A stretch of DNA of 64,000 nucleotides from Eledone cirrhosa. Taxonomy: Eukaryota. The stretch is from the NCBI GenBank assembly GCA_964016885.1, contig OZ024743.1:196168001-196232000 (forward strand), read 5' to 3'. Numbering within the stretch: position 1 is the first letter of the stretch; each line of letters begins with the position of its first letter. The notes under the pieces are model-generated. The model was not told the DNA's origin. It was given only the letters and a program-made list of their open reading frames with translations, and searched no databases. Of the stretch, positions 1-12,316 are shown in pieces. The translations under genes and the position numbers were made by a program.

Positions 1-258
1 TTTCTTATCTGAAAACGCACGCACCCATGATTTTCAATTCAGAAACAAGATGGTGTAGGACAGAACAAAGGAGAGACACAAAATAAAGACCCAGTCACTA
101 AGGAGGTCACAGAATGTGTGACGAAACAGCTTTGACAATATATTAACAACCATCCGGTTATTGAACCAACCAACCGGAAATTTGTAATAAATTGAAATGA
201 AAATCGACAGGTTCGTGTGTTTTTATTGGCAGCTTGACCATCCCAAAGTATAACAATG
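1..258 (+). mobile_element. Terminal (pLTR) fragment of the PLE family at 43046-44600, with a short inverted arm at the window edge and a decayed HHR
   Basis: 42-258 aligns by eye with ~44303-44560. 1-17 is the reverse complement of ~44577-44595. The HHR core is mutated (ctaagga) but stem II gtcaca/tgtgac and GAAA are kept. Confidence 0.8.
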
Positions 259-282
259 TATATACATACACATATATATATA

Positions 283-750
283 CAGTGTTTAGGCAACCAC
301 GTCACCTTTTTTGTTCAACACTGACAGAGGAACGATGGACTAGTTTCAAGCTTATTAGCTATCGTCAGCATCGTATACCTTCCTGCCAGATGGTTGAACG
401 TCTGAAAGTATATACTTTCCTTATGCATATTAACGGCTGAGCAGCCTAATTTGCATATCGAGTGAGTTCAGTCCGCCGGGCGCACCGAAAACGATAAATG
501 GAATAGAATGAAACGAAATTTCATTTCTCACTCTTAGTACGGCACTTACTTAAATGTAAGTATGTATGTATGTATACGTACATACATATATGTATACAGA
601 CGTACAGTAGTATGTATATATATACATACATGCACACATATATATATGCACGTATCGGTTTACCGAACATTTATTATAATGCTCGGTTTGTTTGTTTGTA
701 AACAAACAAACAGCCCGAATTACGCCGTACAGTTCATTCTATTCCATTTA
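283..750 (-). mobile_element. Non-coding HHR-bearing repeat (retrozyme-like, ~440-450 bp unit), one monomer plus a short inverted end
   Basis: Reverse complement of the unit at 62326-62904, circularly permuted. Flanked by (TA)n. 733-750 is an inverted copy of an internal segment. Confidence 0.8.
333..373 (-). ncRNA. Minimal type I hammerhead ribozyme
   Basis: Minus strand: cgatg CTGACGA t agct-aata-agct t GAAA ctag TC catcg. Stem I cgatg/catcg, palindromic stem III ACTAGT, GUC site. Confidence 0.85.
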
Positions 751-904
751 TATATATATATATATATATATATATGAATGTATATATAGTGTATTTGGCA
801 ATACACTGTATGATTAATTAAAAGCATTTCGAAGACCTTACGCTATTGTTTTAGAGTAGTGACAGTCTCACTTACTTTAAATTTTCAGCAAACAGGGGAG
901 TTAA

Positions 905-949
905 AGCTGACAGAGCTCTGTTTCGTACTGATTCGTACTTATCAAAGCC
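905..949 (-). ncRNA. Type I hammerhead ribozyme, U3-A8 core variant, with long stem I extension (881-974)
   Basis: Minus strand: ggct TTGATAA gtac-gaatca-gtac GAAA cagagctctg TC agct. Palindromic stem III ACAGAGCTCTGT. Enclosed by a 16-bp inverted repeat at 881-896/959-974. Confidence 0.8.
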
Positions 950-1286
950 AAGTACCCACCTGTTTGCTGAAAATCATGAATGTTTGATTCTTATATAATT
1001 CTAGTAATAATCAGGAACTGATTATACAGAGTGGTTGCCGGTCAAGCAGAAATTGAAAATTAGAATTGGTGCTCTGAAATAGCACCAATTTGTAAATGGT
1101 TACAAATCCACACAAAAGAAATAAGTGCCACTTACCCTTTGTAATTGAGGTTAATCCGGGATCTATGGGGTTCTTGATTGCTACTATTAGAACGTTTCTC
1201 AATATTTGTAGTTTAACTGTTATTTTTCATATCTATTTTCTTCATATCATTCTGTCCCGCCCCCTCCTCAACGGTGTTTCTAAATT

Positions 1287-1463
1287 ATAATTGTTTATAC
1301 TTTTGGCACAAGGCCAGCAATTTTATCAGTGCATTACTGGTACTTTATTTTATCGACCTCGTAAGGATGAAAGGCAAAGTTAACCTCGGCGGGATTTGAA
1401 CTCAGAATGGCAAGGGCGTCAAAGCATAGCATCCGATCCTCTACCGATACTGCCAATCCACCG
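1287..1463 (-). mobile_element. tRNA-derived SINE with Nin-type core
   Basis: Pol III A box (tggcagtatcgg) and B box (gagttcaaatcc), core aactttgcctttcatcctt..gtcgataaaataaagtacc. Multiple copies in the window. Confidence 0.85.
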
Positions 1464-1769
1464 ATGAGTCGGTCTATCTAGTAAGTTCTTTGTTAACTTC
1501 GGTGGGAAGAGTTTTAAAGATTCCTGGTTAACTTTCTTGAAGGACTTTCTCGCATTCATCGGTGGCGATTGTCAAACTGAAATCCGAGTGAAATCATTCT
1601 TTTCCTTTTTTTCAAATATACCTAATATATATATATATATATATATATATTATGTATAACATATGTATATAAAAAGAGAGAGAGATAATTCTATCTTAAT
1701 ACCAGTTTTGTTCAGGGAACTACATCAATGCTCATGCATTGCCTTCAAATGTTTTAAGAATATTAAAAT

Positions 1770-2105
1770 TGACAGAAGTACTTCGCGTTTACAAAGCACA
1801 TGTATTCAAAGAATCAGATGTCGTGTGCAAGAGAGAAAATAGCGTTTGAACGGACACGTGACGGGTATCGATGCCAATCATTAGGTTAAGAAGCACTAGC
1901 AGATCCCAGTTAAAGGAAAAGTACAGTAGAGGAGAGACTGAAGAAAGCTGGACAGAAATGATGAGAGCTGATATAAAAAGAGATGACAAAGAAATGCAAC
2001 AAGTCGGGTGGGGAAACTCTGCTGGAGAAAACCTGCCCAACTCATAAAAATATAGAAAAGCAAACGATAGTGATAATGAATACAATGATGGTGGTGATCA
2101 TGAAA
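1770..2105 (+). mobile_element. Degenerate RTE-type LINE 3' end
   Basis: Decayed C-terminal motifs (GHV...GK..RG....W...M..D) followed by a tga-rich tail. Confidence 0.5.
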
Positions 2106-2251
2106 GACTGTCAAAGATAAGGTTCCGCTGTACTTGTATCGTATCTTTAATTGTGAAATAATTTGTTTTGTTTGTTTTCAATAAATATAGTTTCATTGAA
2201 TCAAGCGATGAAACCGACACCACACAAGGACACACACACACATACACACAC

Positions 2252-2613
2252 GGACAACATGCTTTGTAGTACAGAGTTACGCCCCTTTCTGATATGAGTT
2301 CAAATCCTGCCGAGGTTAACTTTGCCTTTCATCTTTACGGGGTCGATAAAATAAAGTACCAGTAATGCACTGGGTAATTGCTGGCCTTGTGCCAAAAAGT
2401 AGAAACAATTATTTAGCTGGGTGGTGGATTGGTAGTATCGGTAGAGGGTCGGACGCCATGCTTTGACGCATAGAGTTACGTCCCTTTACAATCTGAGTTC
2501 AAATCCTGCTGAGGTTAACTTTGCCTTTCATCCTTACGGGGTAGGTAAAATAAAGTACTAGTAATGTACTGGGATAATTGCGGGCCTTGTGCCAAAAGTA
2601 GAAACAATTATTT
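2252..2613 (+). mobile_element. Two tandem copies of the Nin-type tRNA SINE (2252-2413 partial, 2418-2613 full)
   Basis: B box gagttcaaatcc, Nin core and 3' end gccttgtgccaaaagtagaaacaattattt each occur twice. Confidence 0.85.
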
Positions 2614-2669
2614 AGCTTAAATAAAATGTATATTTAAACGCTACTACGGTACTGAGCAATCTTTTCTCT

Positions 2670-2718
2670 CAGCTGTCGAACGGCCGGAGCTCAGCCGTCG
2701 GGGTCCTGACTCTTTTCC
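2670..2718 (+). mobile_element. Short 3'-terminal fragment related to the Naiad pLTR (3' half of its HHR)
   Basis: gaacggccggagctcagccgtcggggtc...ttttcc|(TA)n matches 12160-12199 and ends at the same ttcc|ta boundary. Confidence 0.6.
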
Positions 2719-2778
<60 letters not shown>

Positions 2779-2848
2779 GAGAGAGACAGACAGACAGACA
2801 GATAGACAGAAATATAGATCAATACGATCACACACACACACACATACT

Positions 2849-2898
<50 letters not shown>

Positions 2899-2909
2899 TG
2901 TGTGTTTGT

Positions 2910-2945
<36 letters not shown>

Positions 2946-3511
2946 CTGCTTATACATATTACATGCATACATACCAGTGTGTGAGTGTGTGGGTGTCTGT
3001 GACCGTGTGTGCGTCTGAGTGTCTGGTCTTGTGACAAGGTTAGAAATTATTATAGAAATATATTACCCTGTGATTGACCCAGGTAGTTGTTTATTAACCC
3101 GTATGACACAAGTTGTTATCATTGATAAATTCAAAGTATATGAAAGTATATGAAAATCATTGTCTGGACGAGTGAGACAGTCTAAGCTTGAGTAAGTGTA
3201 TAATATCAAAAGAAACTTGTAATATTTCATAGAGTAATGTCTCCAAGACTTATTTGATTGCAGAACTCATATGATTTTCCAAAATTTGTAGAATCCTTAC
3301 CTATATTTAATGAAAATTCTGATAACATTTTAGTTTAATTAAATGAAATGAGCAGTGTGTTAGATAGAGAGCGAATATATTCATTCAAAAATATTTTTAG
3401 AATAATTCTATTAAATGAAGCCTGTTCCTGGGAAGTCTAAGAAAAATGTTTGCCGAAATCTAACTTATAGAATATTCTAACTTATAGAATATATTAAATA
3501 ATTAGCATACC

Positions 3512-3588
<77 letters not shown>

Positions 3589-3649
3589 ATCATATGCATA
3601 CAGACACATATACACATACACACACAGACACATATACACACATGCACGG

Positions 3650-3684
<35 letters not shown>

Positions 3685-4074
3685 CATACATACGTTCATA
3701 TTATCTGCTAACTTGCGTTTGCTATTTCTTATGGTTGTCTCAGATGACCAGCTCGTAATAAATTACTGTTTATAATAATGAGTTTAATTATACATATACG
3801 ATATTATATTTTAGCTCAGACACTGAACGTCAATAACTGAATATCAGATATTATAATTAAATTTTTCATATTCATTAATTCAACACACGTTCGTGTACCT
3901 TAATGAATTTGCCAAATTAACCTAGCTGGCTACATGAAAATAATGAAATGACTAGAATATCCTTGTTCTCCCCCTCTCTGTCTCTTACCTCTTTCTCCTT
4001 TTCTGGGTCTCTGTCACTATTTCTCACACTGTCCTTGTTCTTTCCCTTTCTCTCTATTTTTCACTCTTTCTATC

Positions 4075-4149
4075 TATACACACACACATATATATATATG
4101 AATATATGTATGTTTATATATATGAATATATATATATATATATATATAA

Positions 4150-4182
<33 letters not shown>

Positions 4183-4226
4183 TGTGTGTATAGATAGAAA
4201 GAGTGAAATATATATATATATACATA

Positions 4227-4275
<49 letters not shown>

Positions 4276-4284
4276 ATATATATA

Positions 4285-4358
<74 letters not shown>
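4075..4358. repeat. Compound (TA)n/(TG)n microsatellite
   Basis: Direct reading. Confidence 0.95.
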
Positions 4359-4361
<3 letters not shown>

Positions 4362-4575
4362 ACTTTACCCCCGTTCTTATATTAATATCTATATGATAAA
4401 CGATAAAAATCATATTCAACAGCAGATATATAACGACATAACGAATCACCATATTTCAGACTGTTTTTGCCACAAGTAATAAAGCCAGATGACAAAACGC
4501 TAAAGGCTAAACGTGATCAGTATAAAATCACAGGAAGACAATGATCGATATCATTCTAGTATAAGATTAAAAGTT

Positions 4576-4608
<33 letters not shown>

Positions 4609-5423
4609 TCTCTCTCTCTCTCCATAACGATTATATTTTTTACGTGACACACGATGAAGTTTAGTGCGGTGACTGCCTAGACTATGATCTAGGCTAGATC
4701 TATAGACTATGATCTATAGACTAGACCTTGATTCAGCCAAATATGTATGACTGGCAGTTATTTCATCAAGCCCTGATGATTGACGAGAAAAAGGGGGGTT
4801 TTGTGAGAATTTGAACTCGGAATAGGAAAGAATGGAAACTCATTCATTAAGATTTAACGTCATATGGCGAGCATTTCTAGTACGCCAGTGTTTGTGTGTT
4901 TGTGTATGTGAGTTTGAGTGTGTGTGTATGTATGTGTGTGGGGGGGTGTGTGTGTGCATGTGTGTATGTGTGTGTGTGCTTTTACCGCATTGACATTGCT
5001 TTTTTGTTCTCAGTTTGAAGCCTCTTCAGTTGTACGTACCATGTACCTTTTTTATGTGGATTTGGTCTAAACGACTTTGTATTTTACTGTATTTTATCAT
5101 CTTTTCCTGTTGTGATGCAACCCCTGATTCACTGCGGAGAGTAATATGGTCATTAATGAGCCGAAATTCTTATGATATTCAGCAGACAGCTGAGGTAAAA
5201 GGCATGCGCCCGTGATACTTTATTGTTTTTCCATGCCAGGTAAACTCACTCAGATTTTTAATGTGTGTATATATATATATATATATATATGCGTGTGTGT
5301 GTGCGCGCGCGTGTGTGTGTGTGTGTATATATGTGTGTATATATATATATATATACACATATATATATACACACACACACGCGCATATATATATACAATG
5401 ATAATAATTATAATAATAATAAT

Positions 5424-6900
5424 GATTTCATTTATTAGCCACAAGGGCCGACATGTAGGGGATAATACAAAGACAGGGACAGTGGGGGTTTACAATAAGG
5501 TCGAGTAAAAGTGCACAATGGCAAGACTAATTTAACAATGAAAATATAAAAATATAAAATAAACTATGCATAAATATAACAAAATAAATTCCCCGATAGG
5601 GGATGGACGACCCTGGGGTGATTCGGGTACCCCACCAATCCTGAACCACCCTGCGCTTCTAGGGCACCCAGGGAGAGCACCCCTCTCCTCAAGTTAGCTG
5701 GCCTATAGGCGCATGATCAGAGTAGGCCCATTCACACGAGCCATTCTCGCCACATTCACCCACCTTTTAACAAATGTACTGGGGGGGGGGGGGGGGGGCA
5801 GCAGTTCTCTCTCCACCCTCACCTTCCTTTCCAGGTGAAACTTGAAGAAGTTGCTGAGGGATTGGCCGAAGAGAAAAGTGTCAGTCTTCAGTCCTTTCAA
5901 CCTGGTCCACCATATAATCTCTTTCGCAACTGCCACCAGACAGAGGAAAATTTCCTACTCTTCCTGACCTAAGGAAGGCGGTGGATCGATCTTCACTATG
6001 GACTCGGCCGATAGCCGGATTCGTTCCACACGCGGCAGTAGCTGTTCGACATAACTCCACAAGTCAGTAATGCACGGACATTGGACAAGTGCGTGCAGAA
6101 CGGTTTCGTCGTTCTGTGCGCATCTTGGGCAGGTCCGTCTGACAGCACTTCCGTGCCTGTAGAGTTTATCCCGAACTGGCAGTGCCCCCCGGTAGCACTG
6201 CCAAGCGAGGGATTTCTGGAAATTGTCCATCGTCCCCGGCTCAAAAGTCCTCCGGTACAGACTGGTCAGTTCGACTTCGTCGAGGCCCAAAGCTTCTCCG
6301 AGTGCGTCATCGCACTTGCCCACCACTAATCCTCTATAGAACTCGAGAGTGGAAGTTCCACTGATCGCATTGCCCGCTTGGTAGAGGGCAGTGAGTGCCT
6401 GGCAACATTCCAGGTGCCAGTCACCCAGTCTCGGTCTCTTCTTGACCCAGGACTGCAGCTCAGTCAAAGAAATGAGCTGCGGAAAGACCCGTCTGATAAA
6501 CGGCGACCACACCTGTTCACCGTTGAGGCAGAATATCTGGAGATGTTGCAGCCTCAACGCATGTCTGCGCATCATTAGCCACGGCATTGCCCAGCCCTCC
6601 CCGTAGAGGGTGCTGGCAGCAGATGGACCGCCTCACCAACGGAACTTGTCCCCTCCACAAGAATTTGAAGAGGAGCCGTTCCAACTTGACGAGGCGCGGA
6701 CGGGGGCAAGGCACGACGGTCAGGCGGTAGTAGATGACGGACGCGATGTACGCATTCGCCACCTCCGCGCGACCTTTCAGTGATAGCTTCCTCCCAGCCC
6801 ATTTTTGGGTGAGACTGGCTACTCTGCTCGTTACCTCGTCCCAATTCTTTTCCACCTGGAGGTCTGGTCCGAACCAAACCCGAGCAACTTTACCGGTCGG
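5424..6900 (-). mobile_element. 5'-truncated Tx1/L1-clade non-LTR retrotransposon (ORF2 C-terminal part with zf-RVT), frameshifted
   Basis: Translations WAGRKLSLKGRAEVAN, FKFLWRG, CPRCAQNDETVLHALVQC. (ATT)n 3' tail. Embedded in an (AAT)n array on both sides. Homologous to 20603-22894. Confidence 0.9.
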
Positions 6901-6942
6901 GTTTTTAATAATAATAATGATAATAATAATCATAATAATATA

Positions 6943-7572
6943 TAAGGGAAAAAAGAATCAGTGTTGCATCATATACATATTTAATTACATATTACATACG
7001 TTTCACTGTCGATCAGCTCGAGAAACGATCGATTAAAGATCAATAGTGCCTCTGGAATCGGAAGATCCTCAGATATATGTTCACGTGTAGACTCGAGTCT
7101 TACCACTCTTAGACGCGAGTCTACACGTGAACATATATCTGAGGATCTTGCGATTCCAGAGTCAGGATCGATTTTTAATCGATCGTTCCTCGAGCTGACC
7201 GACAGTGAAACATATGTAATATGTAATTAAATATGTATATGATGCAACACTGATTCTTTGTTCCCTTACATATTATTATCATTGATATTTGCACCGCCAA
7301 AATCTGTCCGGATGTTTGGTAGTTGCGCTATACCGGTTTGTATTTATTTTCTTGATTTATACTTTTAAATTGAGTCTGGCAAACCCTTATGGTTATAGTT
7401 AGTATTTTTTTCACCCTAGCGATCCAGGTCCCTTACGATTTGAACACATATATCTATATATCTGTGTTTATTTCTCTTTTATATTCAATTATAATATACG
7501 GCTCGGAAAAATCTCTTTCCTTGAGCTAATTAATTGTAAGAGACTATTTTGAATTTCTAACTCAATATATAC

Positions 7573-7577
<5 letters not shown>
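6943..7577. mobile_element. Non-coding fold-back element (arms 6943-7095 / 7116-7268, plus ~310 bp tail), PLE-terminus-like
   Basis: ~150 bp inverted repeat, one arm extended, ends in (TA)n, HHR-like motif in each arm. Confidence 0.75.
7133..7224 (+). ncRNA. Type I hammerhead-like ribozyme with ~60-nt extended stem II
   Basis: atatat CTGAGGA [gtcag/ctgac and gatcgat/atcgatc sub-stems] GAAA catatg TA atatgt. Palindromic stem III ACATATGT. The base of stem II pairs imperfectly. Confidence 0.6.
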
Positions 7578-8554
<977 letters not shown>

Positions 8555-8590
8555 TATATATATATATATATATATATAGGAACCAGTAAG

Positions 8591-8684
8591 ACCCCGACAG
8601 CTGAGCTCAAGCCGTTTCGACGGCTAATTCTGGACTAAATGAAAATTTATCCTGGTATTTAAATAGCCGATCTTCTCAAGGGGT
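8591..8684 (-). ncRNA. Type I hammerhead ribozyme, U3-A8 variant, large loop II (Naiad 3' pLTR)
   Basis: acccc TTGAGAA gatcggcta...tagccgtc GAAA cggc-ttgagctca-gctg TC ggggt. Stem I acccc/ggggt, GUC site. Confidence 0.8.
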
Positions 8685-9799
8685 AATTCCATATATGGTC
8701 AAAGTGATTGTCAAAAATCAGTAGTAATTCTGTGGTTGCAAATTAGTAGGGGAGATGGTGGCTAAACCTGCCAGTAGGAGAAAGAGGGGAGGGGTTGGAG
8801 TAGACCCAATCAAGCGTTGGTAGTGCCAGCTACAGCTGGGCATGAGGTCAAAGAAGATACAGGGGAGGGGGAGGGGGAGGAAGTCGGAACGGTAGGTAGA
8901 ACAATGGGGGGTAGAAATATATAGGAAAGAAAAAATACTGAGAGTGAAGAAAAGCAAATAAGTGTAAAGAAAAAATAAAGTAAATTAAATTCTACGACCT
9001 AGGTCTCTAGCTATTGTTAGGCTAGAATAAATAAATAAAGAAAGAAAGAAAGAAGTAAAGAAAGAAATAAAGAAATAACGAAATAAGTAAAAGAACTAGG
9101 TGGGACGGATAAGGCAAGGACCCTTTTAAGAGGTATAAGTACGTAAATGATACGGTGACGGGTCAACAAAAGGGGCCAAAATACTAAAGAGACTACCACG
9201 AAATAAACAATAAAGGTTTCCATCCCGGGCACAATGCCAGCAACCACCCAGTGCAGCAAAGTGAACTTGTACGAGATAATAATTCTGAGTCCCGAGAAAA
9301 ATATATACTAATGCTAACTCTAAAAGATCTAAAACAAGCTACAAGAAAGTTCGTACGAAGTAAAGGTAGAATACGGAAAAATAAATTCAGAATCCACCCC
9401 GCCCAAAAGAAAAGCAAAGAAAGAAATACTGAAACGAAAAAATAAGGCATAAGTGCCACTAAGAAATATAGAGGGCACAGAGAATAGTGGGAGCGGTCGG
9501 AAAAGGGGGACAAGTATCCGGGGTCTAAACCAACTGCTATAAAGGGCGGAGTCCGCCAAATCTATCATAGACTAGGGGAGTGGGGTGGGGGTACTTAGGC
9601 TACAAGGGGCCAAAGGGCAGCCTCGGGTGGGCGAGAAAAGACGCCGACAAAGGAGAAGAGCTGGGGTAGAAGGACTAAGGAGAGAAGGGGGAAGGAAATA
9701 AAGGAAGCGATAAAAGAATACAAAGAAGATCTTACGTCTCCCTTGGCAAGCAGGGGTTACCCATTGCAAAATCGGAAAGTGGGGTGTTATAGCCCTAGT

Positions 9800-11963
9800 C
9801 TAACCCCCCCCCCCCCCCGGATCATTATGGGGTTTGAGGGCGAGGTAAGTCCTACGCAATCTATGTTTACATGCAGTAACCAGTTCATCTTTCTTGTTTA
9901 GGAGTTGGTCCGTCGAAAACAGCATTTGTAAAGTTTCCTCCGAGCATAAATTGCACGGACGGCGTCCTCCCGTGTAAGAATTGGCTCTGGACTGTAATAT
10001 CCAAGTGAGATCATAGGTCATGTTGTTGTCCTTGAGGTCCCATATGTGGCCCGAAAGTGTAGTGGCGTGACGCCGGGCCGGGTTTCGGAAGGTATGTCTA
10101 TGTTGGTATAGCCGGGTCTTGAAGTCACATGCGGTAAGTCCTATATAGGCTTTGTTGGAGGTATCCGTCCTCACGTTGCACTGGTAGATCACATTACGGT
10201 CTCTGCATCTATTGTCGAGTGGGCAAATAGATCTATCCGGGCAGTTACACCTCCTGGTCGGTTCTCCACTGCTATTTAGGTTATTTCTGCCATCGGGGTT
10301 GAGTTTTTTGTTGTTAGAGGAGACGATGTTTTGTGCGAAGTTTGGTGTAGTGCTGTAAGAGAGTTTGATGGTATTTTTGTTAATTATGTTGTGGTAGCGG
10401 TGTTGTAATGGGAAGTGTTTTTCAATGAGCCTAAAGAATAGTTTCCCGATGGGAGTTGTCACCTCTGCGTTGTGGGGAGGATTGAACCATGTTACATTGC
10501 GTGAGCGGCGGTGTCTCCTGCTGGTTCCGCTAATGGGAGCTGGACAGTAGGATATTTCCTCCCGGAAACCACTCCGCTTGAGGGCCTGGTTGTAATAAGG
10601 CGCATGTTCATCGAATATCCGCTCATTAGCTGACAAACGGGATATGCGGAGGGAGATGTTTTTGACCAGGTTGTTTGTGATGTTCCTAGGATGGTTTGAT
10701 CGGCGGTGGATGTAGTGCAGATTGTCATTAGGTTTCCTGTATGGGTAGTACAGGTCGTTTTCGAGGTCGAGGGTGACGTCCAGGAAGTTTACTCGGGTCA
10801 GGGACGTTTGTAGGGTTATTTTAAATCCCCAGTCGCGGAAGAATCTGATTAATTGTTTCCGGACCCGATCTGTACTACTGGCGTTGTACCCTTTAAGGGT
10901 AAGGAGCCCATCATCACGGTACAATCCACCACTGAATGCAGGAAACATATCAGTGAGTTTGGCTATTAGGAATAATCCTATAAGATCTGTGACCTCCGCC
11001 GAATCCGTGGCGCCCATGCTGACGTCGAAGGGTGAGTCGGGAGCTCTTTTTATCCATTTAGAGTCGTCAAAGAGTAAGACTGTCTTCCTGGCGTGGAGGA
11101 TGATTTTTCTTTCCTGGTCGGTGATGGGCACAAGTGTTTCGGCGAAGTCCAAGGCGGCAGTAAGTAGCGGTAAGGTGATTGAAGCATAGTAGCTCTCTAT
11201 GTCGAACTGTATGAATTTAGTTTCTCGTTTATCCTCCATATTGCTGAACCAGGAGATTACTTCCTGGGTGTTGATCCATAGGCTAAGTCGGGTGTGTTGC
11301 TTGACTTTTGGTATCACGCGGTCTAGGATTTTTTTGCTGATTCTCCCTATGTCGGACTTCGTTGGGTTAATAAGCCTGATAGAGGGTTTACGGTCAAAAT
11401 CGGATTTATGGTCCTTCAGTGTGAAGTATGGTGTCCGTGGGTCTAGAGGTTCCGTGCGGTCGGCGACCCCGAGGCTGGAGGTGATTTGTTGTCCATCTCG
11501 ATTTATGTCCTCGATGCAAGAGTGGTTGGCCTTTTTATAGGTGGAGTTTAGGCTGCTCCTGATCAGTGTGTGGTATCTGTCAGGGTTGACAAAGTATAGG
11601 TTCCCAGTTTTATCCGAATGCACCATGATGTCATTTGTGTTATCATACTCTGTTAAGTTGCTACGGAGTTTTTGTAGGAATCGGTTGTGTCTGGGTTTAA
11701 ATTTAATGTTCTTGACCAGTTGGAAGAGGTCATTCTCGAAGGGTGCGAGCAAGGGGTTCAGGGGGCGGAGATTTGTAGGTAATAAATCCGAATCTCTCCT
11801 TGGTGCCGAAGTCTTGGTTGTCGCAATATCTGTCATAGAAAAAAGTTCTCCATCTAAGTCTTATCGCAAATAGATCGATTTTTTGCGTGAGCATCCGAAG
11901 GTAAAGTTTTTTCGGTGGGATTGGGATGTTCTTGGTAGAGAAGTCAATGTTGTGTTTTCGCAT
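9800..11963 (-). CDS. PLE reverse transcriptase / GIY-YIG endonuclease (Naiad-type), one frameshift near 11755
   Basis: N-terminal frame MRKHNIDFSTKNIPIP..RLRWRTFF..FGF..KSPP joins the frame LAPFENDL..SDKTGN..FDIESYY..MGATDSAEV..YRDDGL..FLDVTLDL..CNC..CPL..C..NVIY..YIGLT..CNLC..CKH. Confidence 0.9.
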
Positions 11964-12093
11964 GGTGCGGGTGAAATGAATTGAGCTTAGCGGAAAAGTC
12001 TGGATACGGCGTGGTAGGGTCGGAAAGTGCTCTACTACGGGAGTAGGATCTAGATAACGAAGGAAATCAATCACTTTGACCATATATGGAATT

Positions 12094-12187
12094 ACCCCTT
12101 GAGAAGATCGGCTATTTAAATACCAGGATAAATTTTCATTTAGTCCAGAATTAGCCGTCGAAACGGCTTGAGCTCAGCGGTCGGGGT
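12094..12187 (+). ncRNA. Type I hammerhead ribozyme, U3-A8 variant (inverted Naiad pLTR)
   Basis: Same motif as 8591-8684 with one stem III mismatch. Confidence 0.78.
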
Positions 12188-12278
12188 CTTACTGGTTCCT
12201 ATTACCCACTCTACTACCTCAAGTATTGAGTACTTTGGTGCGTTATGGTCCACCTGGTTCCTTACCACATTTCCTTCG

Positions 12279-12316
<38 letters not shown>

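Larger units (their letters stand above)
8579..12280 (-). mobile_element. Near full-length Penelope-like element, Naiad-type, with inverted pLTR plus tail
   Basis: RT + GIY-YIG ORF. 8579-8710 is inverted at 12069-12200 and extended by ~80 bp to 12280. (TA)n on both sides. Confidence 0.92.

Noticed and set aside
881-974. MITE with 16-bp TIRs
   Set aside because: No clear TSD, and the inverted repeat is better explained as the extended stem I of the enclosed hammerhead.
2418-2520. tRNA genes at A/B-box sites
   Set aside because: No cloverleaf. All are SINE heads joined to a SINE core.
9800-11836. Selenoprotein Naiad (in-frame UGA plus SECIS)
   Set aside because: There is no in-frame TGA, and the conserved Cys positions use normal codons.
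10773-11873. Plus-strand ORFs over the Naiad RT
   Set aside because: Antisense shadows with no recognisable motifs.
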